From: Eledone cirrhosa
Taxonomy: Eukaryota
NCBI GenBank assembly: GCA_964016885.1
Contig: OZ024742.1
Location: 306,528,001 to 306,592,000 of the forward strand
Length of the DNA: 64,000 nt
Direction: 5' to 3'
Positions 14,889 through 28,790 of this stretch are shown here, piece by piece. Made by a program: the position numbers and the translations under genes. The number at the start of each line of letters is the position of its first letter. Position 1 is the first letter of the stretch. The notes below the pieces were generated by a model. That model was not told where the DNA came from and ran no database searches. It worked only from the letters and a program-made list of their open reading frames with translations.

Positions 14889-15729
14889 CATGGGCGCCAC
14901 GGATTCGGCGGAGGTCACAGATCTTATAGGATTATTCCTAATAGCCAAACTCACTGATATGTTTTCTTTCTTCGCTTTTCTTTTGGGCGGGGTGGATTCT
15001 GAATTTATTCTTCCGTATTCTACCTTTACTTCGTACGAACTTTCATGTAGCTTGTTTTAGATCTTTTAGAGTTAGCATTAGTATATATTTTTCTCGGGAC
15101 TCAGAATTATTATCTCGTATTAGTTCACTTTGCTGCACTGGGTGGTTGCTGGAATTGTGCCCGGGATGGAAACCTTTATTGTTTATTTCGTGGTAGTCTC
15201 TTTAGTATTTTGGCCCCTTTTGTTGACCCGTCACCGTATCATTTACGTACTTATACCTCTTAAAAGGGTCCTCGCCTATCCCGTCCCACCTAGTTCTTTT
15301 ACTTATTTCGTTATTTCTTTATTTCTTTCTTTACTTCTTTCTTTCTTTATTTATTTATTTATTTATTCTAGACTAACAATAGCTAGAGACCTAGGTCGTA
15401 GAATTTAATTTACTTTACTTTTTTCTTTACACTCATTTGTTTTTCTTTACACTTATTTGCTTTTCTTCACTCTCAGTATTTTTTCTTTCCTATATATTTC
15501 TACTCCCCATTGTTCTACCTACCGTTCCGACTTCCTCCCCCTCCCCCTCCCCTGTATCTTCTTCGACCTCATGCCCAGCTGTAGCTGGCACTACAAACGC
15601 TTGATTGGGGCTACTCCACCCCCTCCCCTCTTTCTCCTACTGGCAGGTTTAGCCACCATCTCCCCTACTAATTTGCAACCACAGAATTACTACTGATTTT
15701 TGACAATCACTTTGACCATATATGGAATT

Positions 15730-15823
15730 ACCCCTTGAGAAGATCGGCTATTTAAATACCAGGATAAATTTTCATTTAGTCCAGAATTAGCCGTCGAAAC
15801 GGCTTGAGCTCAGCTGTCGGGGT
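15730..15823 (+). ncRNA. HHR with U3:A8 core (TTGAGAA)
   Basis: ACCCC-TTGAGAA-GATCGGCTA...TAGCCGTC-GAA-ACGGC(TTGAGCTCA)GCTGT-C-GGGGT. GUC cleavage after 15818. Confidence 0.75.
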
Positions 15824-15914
15824 CTTACTGGTTCCTATTACCCACTCTACTACCTCAAGTATTGAGTACTTTGGCGCGTTATGGTCCACCTGGTTCCTTA
15901 CCACATTTCCTTCG

Positions 15915-15977
<63 letters not shown>

Positions 15978-15982
<5 letters not shown>

Positions 15983-16258
15983 TAAAATAACAGATTAAAG
16001 TTCAAGCAAAGAATCGCTGCTTTCACCCTTAACGGGATCTTCTGAAACTAACAAAGTCAATCTGTAAACGCAGAACTGGATATTTCAAAAAACGTTGCAA
16101 CCGGAGGAAGACAGGAAGACGATACTTTGGTTCGTGGAAACGTTCGCTGGCAAAGAACGGGAAAAAACGAATATAATACGTCATTAATAGGAGAGGTGAA
16201 AAACAATTACGCGCATAGACAGAACCACGTTTATGGTATAAAAGAGGTCGTAGACTAA
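15978..16258 (-). mobile_element. Family A 3'-terminal fragment
   Basis: Matches 9243-9525; lies between TA tracts. Confidence 0.9.
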
Positions 16259-16303
16259 TATATATATATATTCATATATATATATATATATTCATATATA
16301 TAT

Positions 16304-17040
16304 AGAATAGAATGAAACGAAATTTCATTTCACACTCTTAGTACGGCACTTACTTAAATGTAAGTATGTATGTATGTATACGTATATACATATATGTATA
16401 CAGACGTACAGTAGTATGTATATATATACATACATGCACACATATATATATGCACGTATCTGTTTACAGAACATTTATTATAATGCTCGGTTTGTTTGTT
16501 TGTAAACAAACAAACAGCCCGAATTACGCCGTACAGTGTTTAGGCAACCACGTCACGTTTTTGTTCAACACTGACATAGGAACCATGTACTAATTTCAAG
16601 CTTATTAGCTATCTTCAGCATCGTATACCTTCCTGCAAGATTGTTGAACATCTGAAAGTATATATTTTCCTTATGCATATTAACGGCTGACTAAACTCAC
16701 TCGATATGCAAATTAGGCTGCTCAGCCGTAAACATGCATAAGGAACGTATATACTTTCAGACGTTTAACCATCTGGCAGGAAGGTATACGATGCTGACGA
16801 TAGCTAATAAGCTTGAAACTAGTACATCTTTCCTGTGTCAATGTTGAACAAAAAGGTGACGTGGTTGCCTAAACACTGTACGGTGTAATTCGGGCTGTTT
16901 GTTTGTTTACAAACAAACAAACCGAGCATTATAATAAATGTTCGGTAAACCGATACGTGCATATATATATGTGTGCATGTATGTATATATATACATACTA
17001 CTGTACGTCTGTATACATATATGTATGTACGTATACATAC
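16304..17040. mobile_element. Family B HHR fold-back
   Basis: Inverted arms meet at ~16690. HHRs at 16585-16622 (-) and 16790-16828 (+). Confidence 0.9.
16790..16828 (+). ncRNA. Minimal HHR (family B)
   Basis: GATG-CTGACGA-TAGCTAATAAGCTT-GAA-ACTAGT-A-CATC. Confidence 0.85.
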
Positions 17041-17075
17041 ATATATATATATTTATTCATGTATACATATATATA

Positions 17076-17135
<60 letters not shown>

Positions 17136-17725
17136 AAGCAGTAAAAATCTATGTTAGTGGTTTGGATGGATTACATTAGTATTCAGGCAGACATCTGTTC
17201 AAGGATAATAGAATCTATCCCTGTGACAAATCTTAATAATTCTGAGACAATCTTATCGAATTAAATACACGCATGCACACGTACACAATATACGAAGCTA
17301 CTGATATGAAGTCAACTTGGTTGCAGCACTTGTTAGATATAGCATAAAAATTTCCCAAACGACCCACGATCACTTTAAAGAAAGAAACCTTACATTGAAT
17401 ATTTTAATTATATACACTTCTATAAAAATGGGATGATACAATTAGGATGTATTTGATATGTCTGCTCAAGATTAGTTAATTCGGGGCTAAATATCAGAAT
17501 TGAACGACCCTAGGATCTAGTGGTCCCGGAAACTTCTAGAAATAGCTGCGAAATTTTCTGTAAATCACATCGAAATGATTTAATATGGAAAACAGACTTT
17601 GGATAATGAATACGGTAGACACGAAATGACCGCCATTGATCATAGTTCAGATCTATCCCCAATGACAAGACTTGTTAGCAAAGTTGCCTGGAAGTAACTG
17701 TGCTAAGGCCCATCGTATATATATA

Positions 17726-17756
<31 letters not shown>

Positions 17757-17779
17757 AGATATAGATATAGATATATATA

Positions 17780-18765
17780 CTAGCAGCAGTACCCAGCGTT
17801 GCCTGGGTAGGTCAAATAATATCTGCTTTGATGAAAAGGTGTTGATGATCTTAGCGACTGCTTCTCGATGACTCAACTATGGCCACACACAGGCCATGCG
17901 GGGGAGGATGGTGATGAACTCTATCACTGAGAAACGCGGGTGACTAACGAAGGGGCATGCTGGGGGAGGGATGTAATGACCTCTAACACTAAGCAAAATT
18001 TCCTCACGTTACTTGATTGGAAACCGATGAATTCTCAAATACACAACTAAAACCTCTGACGGCGTCAGTGGCCATCGTTTTGCCTTTGACCATCTATAAG
18101 ATGTGCAATGATAGGTTCTATCGTAGTATAAAAGTTGAACCAAATAAATTGGTTTATGTGTGGGGTGGATAAGAAGTTTCGAATTTGAACGAAATCGGTT
18201 GAAAAATGTGGGAGATAGAGCCGAAAAGGTGGTATTTTCGAATATTTAAGCGGCTGCCACGCCGTTCCTGAACAGAAATTCCAAAATGTAAATCAACTTT
18301 AAGACGTGAAATAATCAGATCTAGCGTGGTGTAAAATTTGAACAAAGTAGGTTAATTAATGTGGGAGCTAGAGCCGAAAAAGTGGAAATTTGAGTCTAAA
18401 AGTGGTATTTTTGAATATTTAAGCGACTGCCACACCGTCCCTGAACAAGCAATGCAAAATATAAAGCGATTACAGGATGTGCAATGATAAATTCTATTTT
18501 GCTCTAAAATTTGAACGAAATCAGTGGAAAAATGTGGGAGCTAGAGCCAAAAACCTTATTTTTCGATACCTAAAAAAAGGTGACACCCTATCGATTTTTA
18601 TCTGCAAAATGACCCCGGAATAAAAAAAAAACGATACTCTGATATATAGAAAACACTCTGCGATGACTAATCTATGAGCCTGTAAAGTTTCATGAAAATC
18701 GATCGTAAGGTAATACACAGACATAAAGACACACACACATACTTAATTTTATATATATATACAGA
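17780..18765 (-). mobile_element. Non-autonomous Helitron
   Basis: The minus strand starts TC (18765) and ends with the hairpin ACCCAGGCAACGCTGGGT followed by CTAG (17780), inserted between A and T. Internal ~190-bp tandem repeats at 18090-18560. Confidence 0.8.
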
Positions 18766-18771
18766 TATATA

Positions 18772-19083
18772 TGAAGTAATTCCGTAGGAAAGGTCCAGGA
18801 AAAAGGAGTGCTCTTTTTAGGTTACAGATCTTAATAGTTATGTAATAAACAACATAAGATAATTATTTCATTTACCAGTGGTTTCTTGAAAGCAAACAAA
18901 TCTGCTTTCAGTCACCAGAATGAAAAAATCCTGGTGTTTTTATTGAATGTGGATTTTTTTCAATTCCACATTCAATAAAAACACCAGGATTTTTTCATTC
19001 TGATGACTGAAAGCAGATTTGTTTGCTTTGAAGAAACTACTGGTAAATGAAATAATTCTCTTATGTTGTTTATTACATAACTA
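18772..19083. mobile_element. Family F HHR fold-back
   Basis: Arms 18835-18955 / 18963-19083; the left arm has a tail. HHR at 18994-19051 (+) and a core-mutated mirror at 18867-18924 (-). Confidence 0.9.
18994..19051 (+). ncRNA. Type-I HHR (family F)
   Basis: TTCATT-CTGATGA-CTGAAAGCAGATTTGTTTGCTTTGAA-GAA-ACTACTGGT-A-AATGAA. Confidence 0.8.
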
Positions 19084-19166
19084 TATACAGATATATATAT
19101 ATATATATAAATTCTGCGGTGCCAAGACCCGGGAGACCACAACACAAATCAGGGTAGTACTCTGTG

Positions 19167-19232
<66 letters not shown>

Positions 19233-19243
19233 CTCTCTCTCAC

Positions 19244-19317
<74 letters not shown>

Positions 19318-19318
19318 T

Positions 19319-19403
19319 ATGTAGGTGTACTTGATCGAAGCAGTTGTAAATCTCCCAAACAAAACCATGTAAGGGATCGAAATCATTTGACACCGATCTA
19401 AAC

Positions 19404-19452
<49 letters not shown>

Positions 19453-19538
19453 TGTTTAAATCGATATGAAATTATTTCGATCTCTTACACGGTTTTGTGA
19501 GGGAGATCTGCAACTGCTTCGATCAAGTACATCTATAC
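19319..19538. repeat. Diverged ~88-bp inverted repeat flanking a central (TA)n
   Basis: GTAGGTGTACTTGATCGAAGCAGTTG... / ...CAACTGCTTCGATCAAGTACATCTAT. Confidence 0.8.
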
Positions 19539-20803
19539 TCAAATGTTTTCCAGTCCAGTTAAAATTAGGTCATATTGTCTTTTATCCAAACATTATCTAG
19601 CTCTGATCACAATATTCAATTCTTTCTTAATATGTATGATGAGATTTATAGATGTGTGATTTATTTTCTATTTCTGAATCAAGTAACAATACTATATATA
19701 AATAGTTTCATTTTTTGGCTTGCTACATCGTTTCCTTTTTAAGGGGATAGACAGCTAATTTTTGTCACAAGCGGAATCCGTTGTTATACTTCATGTGAAA
19801 GACCATTCCTCTGTGTAATTCACCGGTGCGTTTCATTAGCATATAATCAGATATCAATAGATATGCCTTATTACGAATAGTTAAGGAAAAAATAAAATAT
19901 TGCAGTTTGAATATATTTAATAAATATCAAGGGAAATAAATATGATATAATTTTGGTATAAATCCAAGACGAGAGAGATTGATAAAGATTGGTCGGAGTG
20001 TGAGGAAGAGAAGAGAATTAGAAAAGGGGGAAGATTGGATGCGAAACATGGGTAGGGGGACAAAAATGCGTGAGACACATGGAGAAAGAGTGAATATTAA
20101 TGGAGTATTAAGCTAACTGCAATCTAACCAGTATTTCTCTCTGTGAGGTTTCATGCTGTCCCATTTAGTGAACTTGGGCAATCATTTCATTATTTCTTTT
20201 TTTTTATATCATGACCTTTAACACCGTTAAATACTGGGTGCAGCCAGTTGGTTTCAACTATTGGAACTTCAATAGTTAATAAACATGATAAAACACTTTA
20301 TAAATGTTGCTGATTGTATTACGAAGGTCAAAGTCAAACATAGCCTCTGTGAACGCCATTTTATCTTAAAAGCACTAATGTATTCACTCATTTTCCTGGA
20401 CTCTCCTCTTTTCTATTGACGTTCTCAAAATCGATTTTATTTTATTTCGCGAAAGAAAAAAAAATGAAATTTATAATGTAATTAGCAAATTAATGACTAA
20501 TTTGGATTTTTTCGACGTTTTCTTCGAAATCGTTGATTATATTTATTACTATTTTTAAAAATTGATTGTATCTTTTTACAAAATTTATTTTCTTGCTTGC
20601 TTTTTTCTACTTATTTATATGATATTTTTGTACAAATTCACTGATTTCTGTACAATAATAGTTGGAAAGCAGGCGTACACTAGAAAATTAGAGTACAACA
20701 TTTCTTACCCCAATAGACTACATTAAATTGTAATTGTATTAATCAGATCTCATTTATATATCTTCTAATTCCGTTCCACTATTTCCGTTTCTAACACTGC
20801 CTA

Positions 20804-20855
<52 letters not shown>

Positions 20856-22731
20856 CTGTGCGTGTGAATGTGTGTGTGTGTATGTAAATGGCGTGTGTAA
20901 GTATATGGGTTTGAGTGTGTATGTGTTTCCGGTTCTATTTGCAATAATGAATGTACAGATATTGAACCGCAGACCTTTTGCGGGGTCTGTATGTGGTGGA
21001 TTTATCTGCTAGTAATAGCAGTTAAGTCTGCATGTATTCTAACTAAATTGGCTAAAACTGCCAGATAATATAATGTGGTATGCGGTAAGAAAACCAATGA
21101 CAGTTATACGAGACATGAAACAAATAAGAGTGGTGTGTCCTCACAGTTAAATGATCACCAGTCGATATTAACTATTAGCATCCAAACATGATTTGGTCAA
21201 TATATAGTGCATTTACCTCCTCAGCTAAAGGGCCTCAGTACCTGACCAGATCAATTCATATCCAAGTAAAAGTTGATTCTTTTAAGAGAAAAACAGAGGG
21301 AAAAACAGAAATGCGGTGATGAGAAAGAAACAACCGTAATACGTGACTGTTACTTTATTTATCGACTTTATGCTCCATGAGATATTCAGCAAATTTGACT
21401 TGGGTGGGAATAATTACCGCTAATTGCAATCCGTCCGATGCTCTAACGATTTTGTTATGTTGACACCTTGACATCCTATATAGTTTTTCTTTCCTTTTCT
21501 GTTTCTTTTTCTTTATCCTTTTTCTTTTCTAAAATCCTTCTTTCTTATAATAATTTGCTCTCAAATAACTGTTTCTGATCAACCCTTGACTATCATATTT
21601 TGCTCTAATTGCCACTATTTTTAAAAAGGAAGAACATATATTTGATTATTCATCGGCAAATAAACTTCGTCCACGTCTATATTTCTTCAGTAATTATCGG
21701 GTACCAGTGTCCTGATTGTAGCAATCGAATTCGGCCGTTAACTGATAAATACAACCTGTCAACGCCTGTCTTGGATGGGATATTTTAAATGCTGGCATTT
21801 ATGTTTTAGTTGTTACTAATTCCATTCATTTGTTCAATTTTATATCAAAAACTAGAACGTATGTATCGTAAAACTGATATTTTGAAATACTTCCTTGCTG
21901 TCGCACTTAACATTTATCATTGTCATAAGAATACAATGCAAACATACGACCACACATAAGTACATATAACACACTTCAATTTTTGTATAGACGGATATAA
22001 GAATTAATAGAGTAGAATGTGTTGAAAAACTGACCAACTTGAACTGTTAAACTAATCGTGTCAAATACTTTTTCCAATCATGTAAGTGATTAGAGACACC
22101 TTGATACGAATATCTGTTATTGGTTCATTTCATTTCAAAAATATATCATTGCTGAAGATTTATGTTCTTAAGTTATATCATTTCTAGGATCTTATGTGAT
22201 GTTCTATTTACTACCTGGTACAGTGTGGCTCACACACACACACACACACAAACATATATATATGTATGTATATATATATATATACATACGGCTATTCCCA
22301 GTGAATGTTTTGGTTGCCGACTCTGTGCAAGACATTTTAGATCATTGGCTGGGCTAAAAAGCCCCATTCGATCGCAGCGCTGTTAGTTGCTATCGTGTGT
22401 GTGTGTGTATAGATATGTTTATGTGTGCGCGTGTGTGTGTATATATATATGTATATGTATATTATTATTGTTGTTGTTGTCTTTATTATTATTGTTGTTA
22501 TTATTATTATTATTGTTATTAATGTATATGTGTGTATGTATATATGTATATGTATGTGTGTATATATATATATATTTCTTTTTTTTTCTTTTTTATTTAT
22601 TTATTAATATATTATTTTTCTCCTCGTGCAATGGCCATACTTGATAACGAGGGGGCAGCCATCATCATATATATATATATATATGTGTGTGTGTATGTGT
22701 GTGTGTGTGTGTATGTATATATACATATATT

Positions 22732-22773
<42 letters not shown>

Positions 22774-23584
22774 CATGCATATATAGCCGGCCGTCGTAAG
22801 AAACATTTGGAAGCTGCAATTTGAAATGTTGTCGGCCTGAAGTAAATGAATATTGTAATAGTCAATCACTTTACATACATAATAGGGTAAACTACCAATG
22901 AAAACGGAAAAATAATAAGTATGAATAATACCAGGAAGATATATTTACATCTCAGATTAATATTACCAAATTAGATTAGCTTCCCATGTTATAGGCTGGG
23001 ATAAAGCCATATTAGTTTAAATAACAAAACATAGTTTAAGTAAGGATGTTATAATAACGTATACAAAAATAAGCTCAAGAGGGAACAATCTTTGAGAAAG
23101 AATGTGGTTAAATTAGGTTGAAAGAAGATTTAGAACTATTGACCATAAAATAATATTCCTGTAAATCTGGAAGGGTAAAATACAATTAGATGCAGGAAGA
23201 AGTATTATTCAATTTATTTAGCTTATCCTAGCTTGTGTGCAATATGAGCAAGCTAAGGTAAAATGAGACCATTCTTTCAATTAAAGTAAATTCAAGTAAA
23301 GTAAATAAAAAATCATGGAAAACAATATGTGTATGAAATGAAACGTAACTAACACGAACTAATTCTGAAGTAAGATAATAGAAAGAAATACCATATATGC
23401 ATGATTATTCATTATACATGTAAATGCATAGAAAACACTAAATCTTAAGTGAAATCACTTTCACATATGACAACATGTAAAAATATGCAGAAATATACAA
23501 ATACTTTGACTAAGTACATATGGAAATTTATACATGGGCTTATCATTGAAAGTTACACAGATGTTATAACAATACAAGCAGGAA

Positions 23585-23647
<63 letters not shown>

Positions 23648-23887
23648 GAGTGTGTGTGTGGGAGTGGGGTGCATGTATGTGAGTGGTTTGGATTTCGTTG
23701 GTTAAACTTTGCTGCACAAATTTATTTGGAGCACACGCATAGGATTATTTGTAATACAACATCCCCAGCCAGAAACCTAAGCTATAAAAGCAGATTAACG
23801 TATGAAAACGTTAAAGTGCTCACAACTGCATTAATTGAAACAGTCAGTATCCTCTTACTTTTGCACACACAATTCAGCCAGTGTGTG

Positions 23888-23952
<65 letters not shown>

Positions 23953-23963
23953 ACATATATGTG

Positions 23964-24000
<37 letters not shown>

Positions 24001-24113
24001 GCGCAGTTAAAAGTCCAGAGTAATTCGTCTCACCATGTAGCAATAATAACGAATATTTCAACTCTATTTCTGTATTGAGTAACCATTCTCACATCCATCA
24101 ACAACACATGTGG

Positions 24114-24144
<31 letters not shown>

Positions 24145-24147
<3 letters not shown>

Positions 24148-24360
24148 CGTTTCTGAATTTGTTTAGCAAGATTCTTTATCTGAAAACGTGTGTTGAAACC
24201 GATATTGTTATACTTTGGAAATTTATAAATTCCTAAATTTATAAATTTAATTTATAATAAATTGAAGTGAAAGCAACTGGTGCGTGTGTTTCTTATTGGC
24301 AACATGACCCTCCCAAAGTATAACAATATATATATATATATATTGTTATACTTTGGAACA
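24145..24360. mobile_element. Small fold-back fragments related to the family I terminus
   Basis: ATGACCCTCCCAAAGTATAACAATA and its tail, shared with 35625-35707 and 36690-36806. Confidence 0.7.
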
Positions 24361-24367
24361 GAGCAGA

Positions 24368-24403
<36 letters not shown>

Positions 24404-25080
24404 ATGGAACAGGGCAGAAGATATATATATATATATATCTTCTGCTCTGTTCCATCCCAGTACATCTCGAAATTTATTTGAGCATTTCTATTTTAACCCA
24501 CATTCCCTTTGAAAGATGAGTAATTATTTTATTGTGGGGTTATTGTTTTTTTTATTTTTCGTTTTAAAAGAGTTATTTCTAAATTTTTATTTATCTTTTG
24601 ATGAGACACTTGTTGTCTCTCGTAAAAGAATATAGAAATGTGGTTAAGTAATTTAGTGCGTATATTTGTTATATGTCTATTGTTTCTCGTTTTTCTTTAT
24701 TGATATAATAATTATTATTATTAAATATACAATATATGTATGTTACCCGATATATAATTTAAATGTATTTAGCATATGTTAATAGTATATTGTAAACAAA
24801 CCGACACGCTTTTCTATTACTTGTTCCTAATATTTAAAATTCACAGCAATAATCGTTAAAATCATAATATTTATCTATTTATTTGAATCCGCGCGATTTT
24901 ATTTTATTGTATCTCATTATATTTTTATTTATATTTATTTTTCTGGTGAACATCTGTTTTTTTAAGTGTCTCGAATCATATTTAAAGAAGCATACTAATA
25001 ATTATAATTAACGTTTCTGTGTTCTAGTCACTAAGCATAACCCTCTCACTCTGTTGCTGGATTTCTTACACGCTGTCTCT

Positions 25081-25168
<88 letters not shown>

Positions 25169-25768
25169 CTCTATCTCTCTCTCTATCTCTCGCTTTAACC
25201 TTCTCCCTACCATTCCCACTTTCTCTCTCCCCTCTACAGCGAAAGGATCAAATACAAATAGAAGCCAACGAAATTGGACAAAGCTAGAACTGGAGGTGAT
25301 GATCAAATGATGGAGCCAGGCTGATGGGTCGCCGCCAGCGAAAGTAATTGCGGAGACCTTGAAAAGCCATGACTTTCTGAGGACTTTGGCGCAAATAGAG
25401 AGGAAAAGGAGAGAAATAGATAGACCTATGCCCTCATAGCAGCACACATGGCCTTGGTAAGATGTGTCCTCATGGAGGAAGAAGTCAGAGAAAAAGAAAG
25501 GGAAGAAAATATAAACACTGACCACAAAGGATCTACAAAAATACAGAAAGATCTGAAAACAATCGCAAAGAAGCAAATCAATGAAGCCAGCCGGGCGAAC
25601 AACTGGTAGGCGGTAAAGGTGAAAAGAGAAATCATCATGGGTTTACGAAATTCACTAATGCTACTTCAACGATCTCACTCAATTAATCAATAAGCTTGCA
25701 GTAGTGAAAGTACGTCTTAATGTTCAGAGTGTACACATAATAGTTAAAAATAGTACTCAACCAGTAAG

Positions 25769-25822
<54 letters not shown>

Positions 25823-26424
25823 ATGTGTGTGAGTGTGTGTGTGTGTGTGTGTCTGTGTGTGTGTAAAACGTAAACAGAAAAAACAACACAATCGGTACAG
25901 TACATGGAAGGAATATATTAGGTTAACGCTTGAAATAGCAGGAAGGGGGTATTAACCTTTCGGACGCTAGTCCTTCATCAGATGAGAAAATGAGAAATAA
26001 GATAGATTGAAGGGACGAGCGAGTTGGAATTGGAAAAAAATGTCTTTAGATGAAAATAACAGGTCCATTCATGTTGACATCTCTTAGGGGTAGAGAGAGT
26101 GAGAAAGAGAGAGTGTGTATGAGAGACAGAGTGAGAGAGAGATATATACACACATATACACACATGTAATATCTGACTATTAATATAAAGTCGAACATTC
26201 ATTCAATCCTCTGCCGAATCCCGCTGATCTCTCGGCACCACAGTTTCTCCGGGGCAATGGATTCTCCATACTGTCGACGGGGATCCAGAGGCGGAGTGCA
26301 CGTTAGTTGGTGGCAAAGATACTCGTTCGGACGGACCTTCCACAAATCTATTAAATTACATTGATGAATTATCTTTCGAGTTTATACTGGATGGAAGTGC
26401 CACACATTTTAGGATTGGCATACC

Positions 26425-26426
26425 TT

Positions 26427-26470
<44 letters not shown>

Positions 26471-26513
26471 GCTGCTGCTGCTACTGCTGCTACTGCTACT
26501 GCTGCTACTGCTG

Positions 26514-26555
<42 letters not shown>

Positions 26556-26660
26556 CTGCTACTACTGCTACTGCTGCTACTGCTGCTACTACTACTTCTA
26601 CTACTTCTACTACTCCTGCTACTGCTGCTACTGCTGCTGCTACTGCTACTGCTGCTACTT

Positions 26661-26698
<38 letters not shown>

Positions 26699-26729
26699 GC
26701 TGCTGCTGCTCCTGCTGCTGCTACTGCTG

Positions 26730-26779
<50 letters not shown>

Positions 26780-26810
26780 GCGGCTGCTGCTACTGTTGCT
26801 ACTGCTGCTG

Positions 26811-26857
<47 letters not shown>

Positions 26858-26885
26858 GCTCCTGCTGCTTCTACTGCTGCTACTT

Positions 26886-26950
<65 letters not shown>

Positions 26951-27100
26951 ACTACTACTGCTGCTACTACTGCTACTCCTGCTACTACTACTACTACTAC
27001 TACTGATGCTGCTGCTGCTGCTACTACTACTACTACTACTACTACTGCTACTACTACTACTACTACTACTATTATTTCTACTGCTGCTGCTGCTACTGAT
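26425..27100. repeat. (CTA/CTG)n trinucleotide array, ~675 bp
   Basis: Direct inspection; it produces the spurious poly-Leu ORF. Confidence 0.95.
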
Positions 27101-27863
27101 AATAATTATTTCATTTTGGCTACTTGAGCCGAAATATATAGGACATTACAAAACATGGCCAGTGAGGGTTTACATAGAACGTGTAAAAAAAGATAACGGA
27201 AAATAATTGACAAGCTTTCAGTGCCACATGGCATTGTGTTACCGTGTCTAGTCACGTCGTAAACACCAACGAAGGGTTTTTTACTTCATGTGTCCGTAGT
27301 GCGGTGAATTCGTCAACTAGTTTAATAAATATAGTGTGTAGTTGACAATCACAAAGTCCCTACTTCGATTTCTTATGACGCGTTTTGACCTTGAGCAAGA
27401 CACTTTAATTCATGTTTGAATCTAGTTTTCATCCATCCCATTCACCTAGTAACAAAGGGTTTTATCTGTAAATAGAAGTGTAATTGTTCAGATAAAAACG
27501 TTTTCATATCAGTAGAGTATCAAGTTAAATGTATTTCCACAATCAGCAAGATAAATCGAATCATCTTATCACAGGTATAATCCGTAATGAAGCCTTTTCA
27601 CTTACATTGCTTCCTCATATATTTTATAACTTTTTCTGATAACACAAGAATGAGCATAATTGATAGCAGTGTGTAATTCCTCGAATGAATGCACAGATTA
27701 TAATACAGAGATACACCCATAAAGGAATAAAGGAGCTTAAATAGGATTTTTTTCACCATATATATTTTCATTTATATTTCTTCTGCTCAATTTTGTAGCT
27801 ACACTTACTAGAAAAATAATTTATATACATGTTTCATTTGTGCTGCTTATACAATATATATAT

Positions 27864-27946
<83 letters not shown>

Positions 27947-27950
<4 letters not shown>

Positions 27951-28161
27951 GTAGAACACTGGAAAGTAATATCCGTAGTGGTAGAGCACTCAGTCAATGG
28001 GACGAGTTAGGTAAAAGTGGTTACACAACAGTTAGTTCATCATACCGAGAACATTTATTTCACCATAGCGGATCCTCAGCTCGTAGCTGAGGATTACGAG
28101 CTGAGGATCCGCTAAGGTGAAACAATAGTTCTCGGTATGAGGAACTAACTGTTGTGTAACC

Positions 28162-28166
<5 letters not shown>
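27947..28166. mobile_element. Family H HHR fold-back
   Basis: HHR at 28097-28134 (+): CGAG-CTGAGGA-TCCGCTAAGGT-GAA-ACAATAGT-T-CTCG. The left arm carries the tail. Same termini as 43087-43783. Confidence 0.85.
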
Positions 28167-28217
<51 letters not shown>

Positions 28218-28255
28218 TATATATATAATATATATATATATATATAATATATAAT

Positions 28256-28286
<31 letters not shown>

Positions 28287-28415
28287 GCAAAGTTTTATTT
28301 AAATTGTTGGGTTACAACGAGTAAATATTTATAACTGATATAAAAGCACTCAACAAGTATTTGGAGTATATTTACGATATTAAATAAATGGAAACTATAT
28401 TTATAAAACCATATT

Positions 28416-28481
28416 TATTTCATTATATATATTTCAGGGATATCATATTAAAAATATGGTATGCCTTCTTCAGACAAAATA
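28416..28481 (-). ncRNA. HHR in the 3' pseudo-LTR
   Basis: TATTTTGT-CTGAAGA-AGG...CCT-GAA-ATATATAT-A-ATGAAATA. Palindromic stem III. Confidence 0.8.
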
Positions 28482-28738
28482 CAATATAAACAGTCTTATA
28501 AATAGATAGATTTGACATACCTTACAACTTCAACTTCCATTTAAAAAGTTGGTTAGGTAGTGAAAAATGTTAGGGACAGTTATAAAAAGAAAGAAAGAAA
28601 AAAAAAAAAAAAAGCGAAGAAAAAGAAGAAATGCATGCAACTAAACAGAGAGAGATAGATATAGAGAGATAGATAGAGAGAAGAAATTCATGTAAAGAAA
28701 CAGAGAGAGATAGATAGAGAGAGAAAAAACACAGAGGG

Positions 28739-28790
<52 letters not shown>

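Larger units (their letters stand above)
12483..15918 (-). mobile_element. 5'-truncated Naiad-type PLE with ~870-bp inverted 3' arm (14963-15838) plus an 80-nt tail
   Basis: 12483-13350 is nearly identical to the reverse complement of 14963-15838. (TA)n on both sides. Confidence 0.95.

Noticed and set aside
18090-18560. CRISPR-like repeat array
   Set aside because: Degenerate ~190-bp tandem repeats inside a Helitron, with no repeat-spacer structure, in eukaryotic DNA.
26361-27206. 281-aa poly-Leu ORF
   Set aside because: Translation of a (CTA/CTG)n microsatellite.
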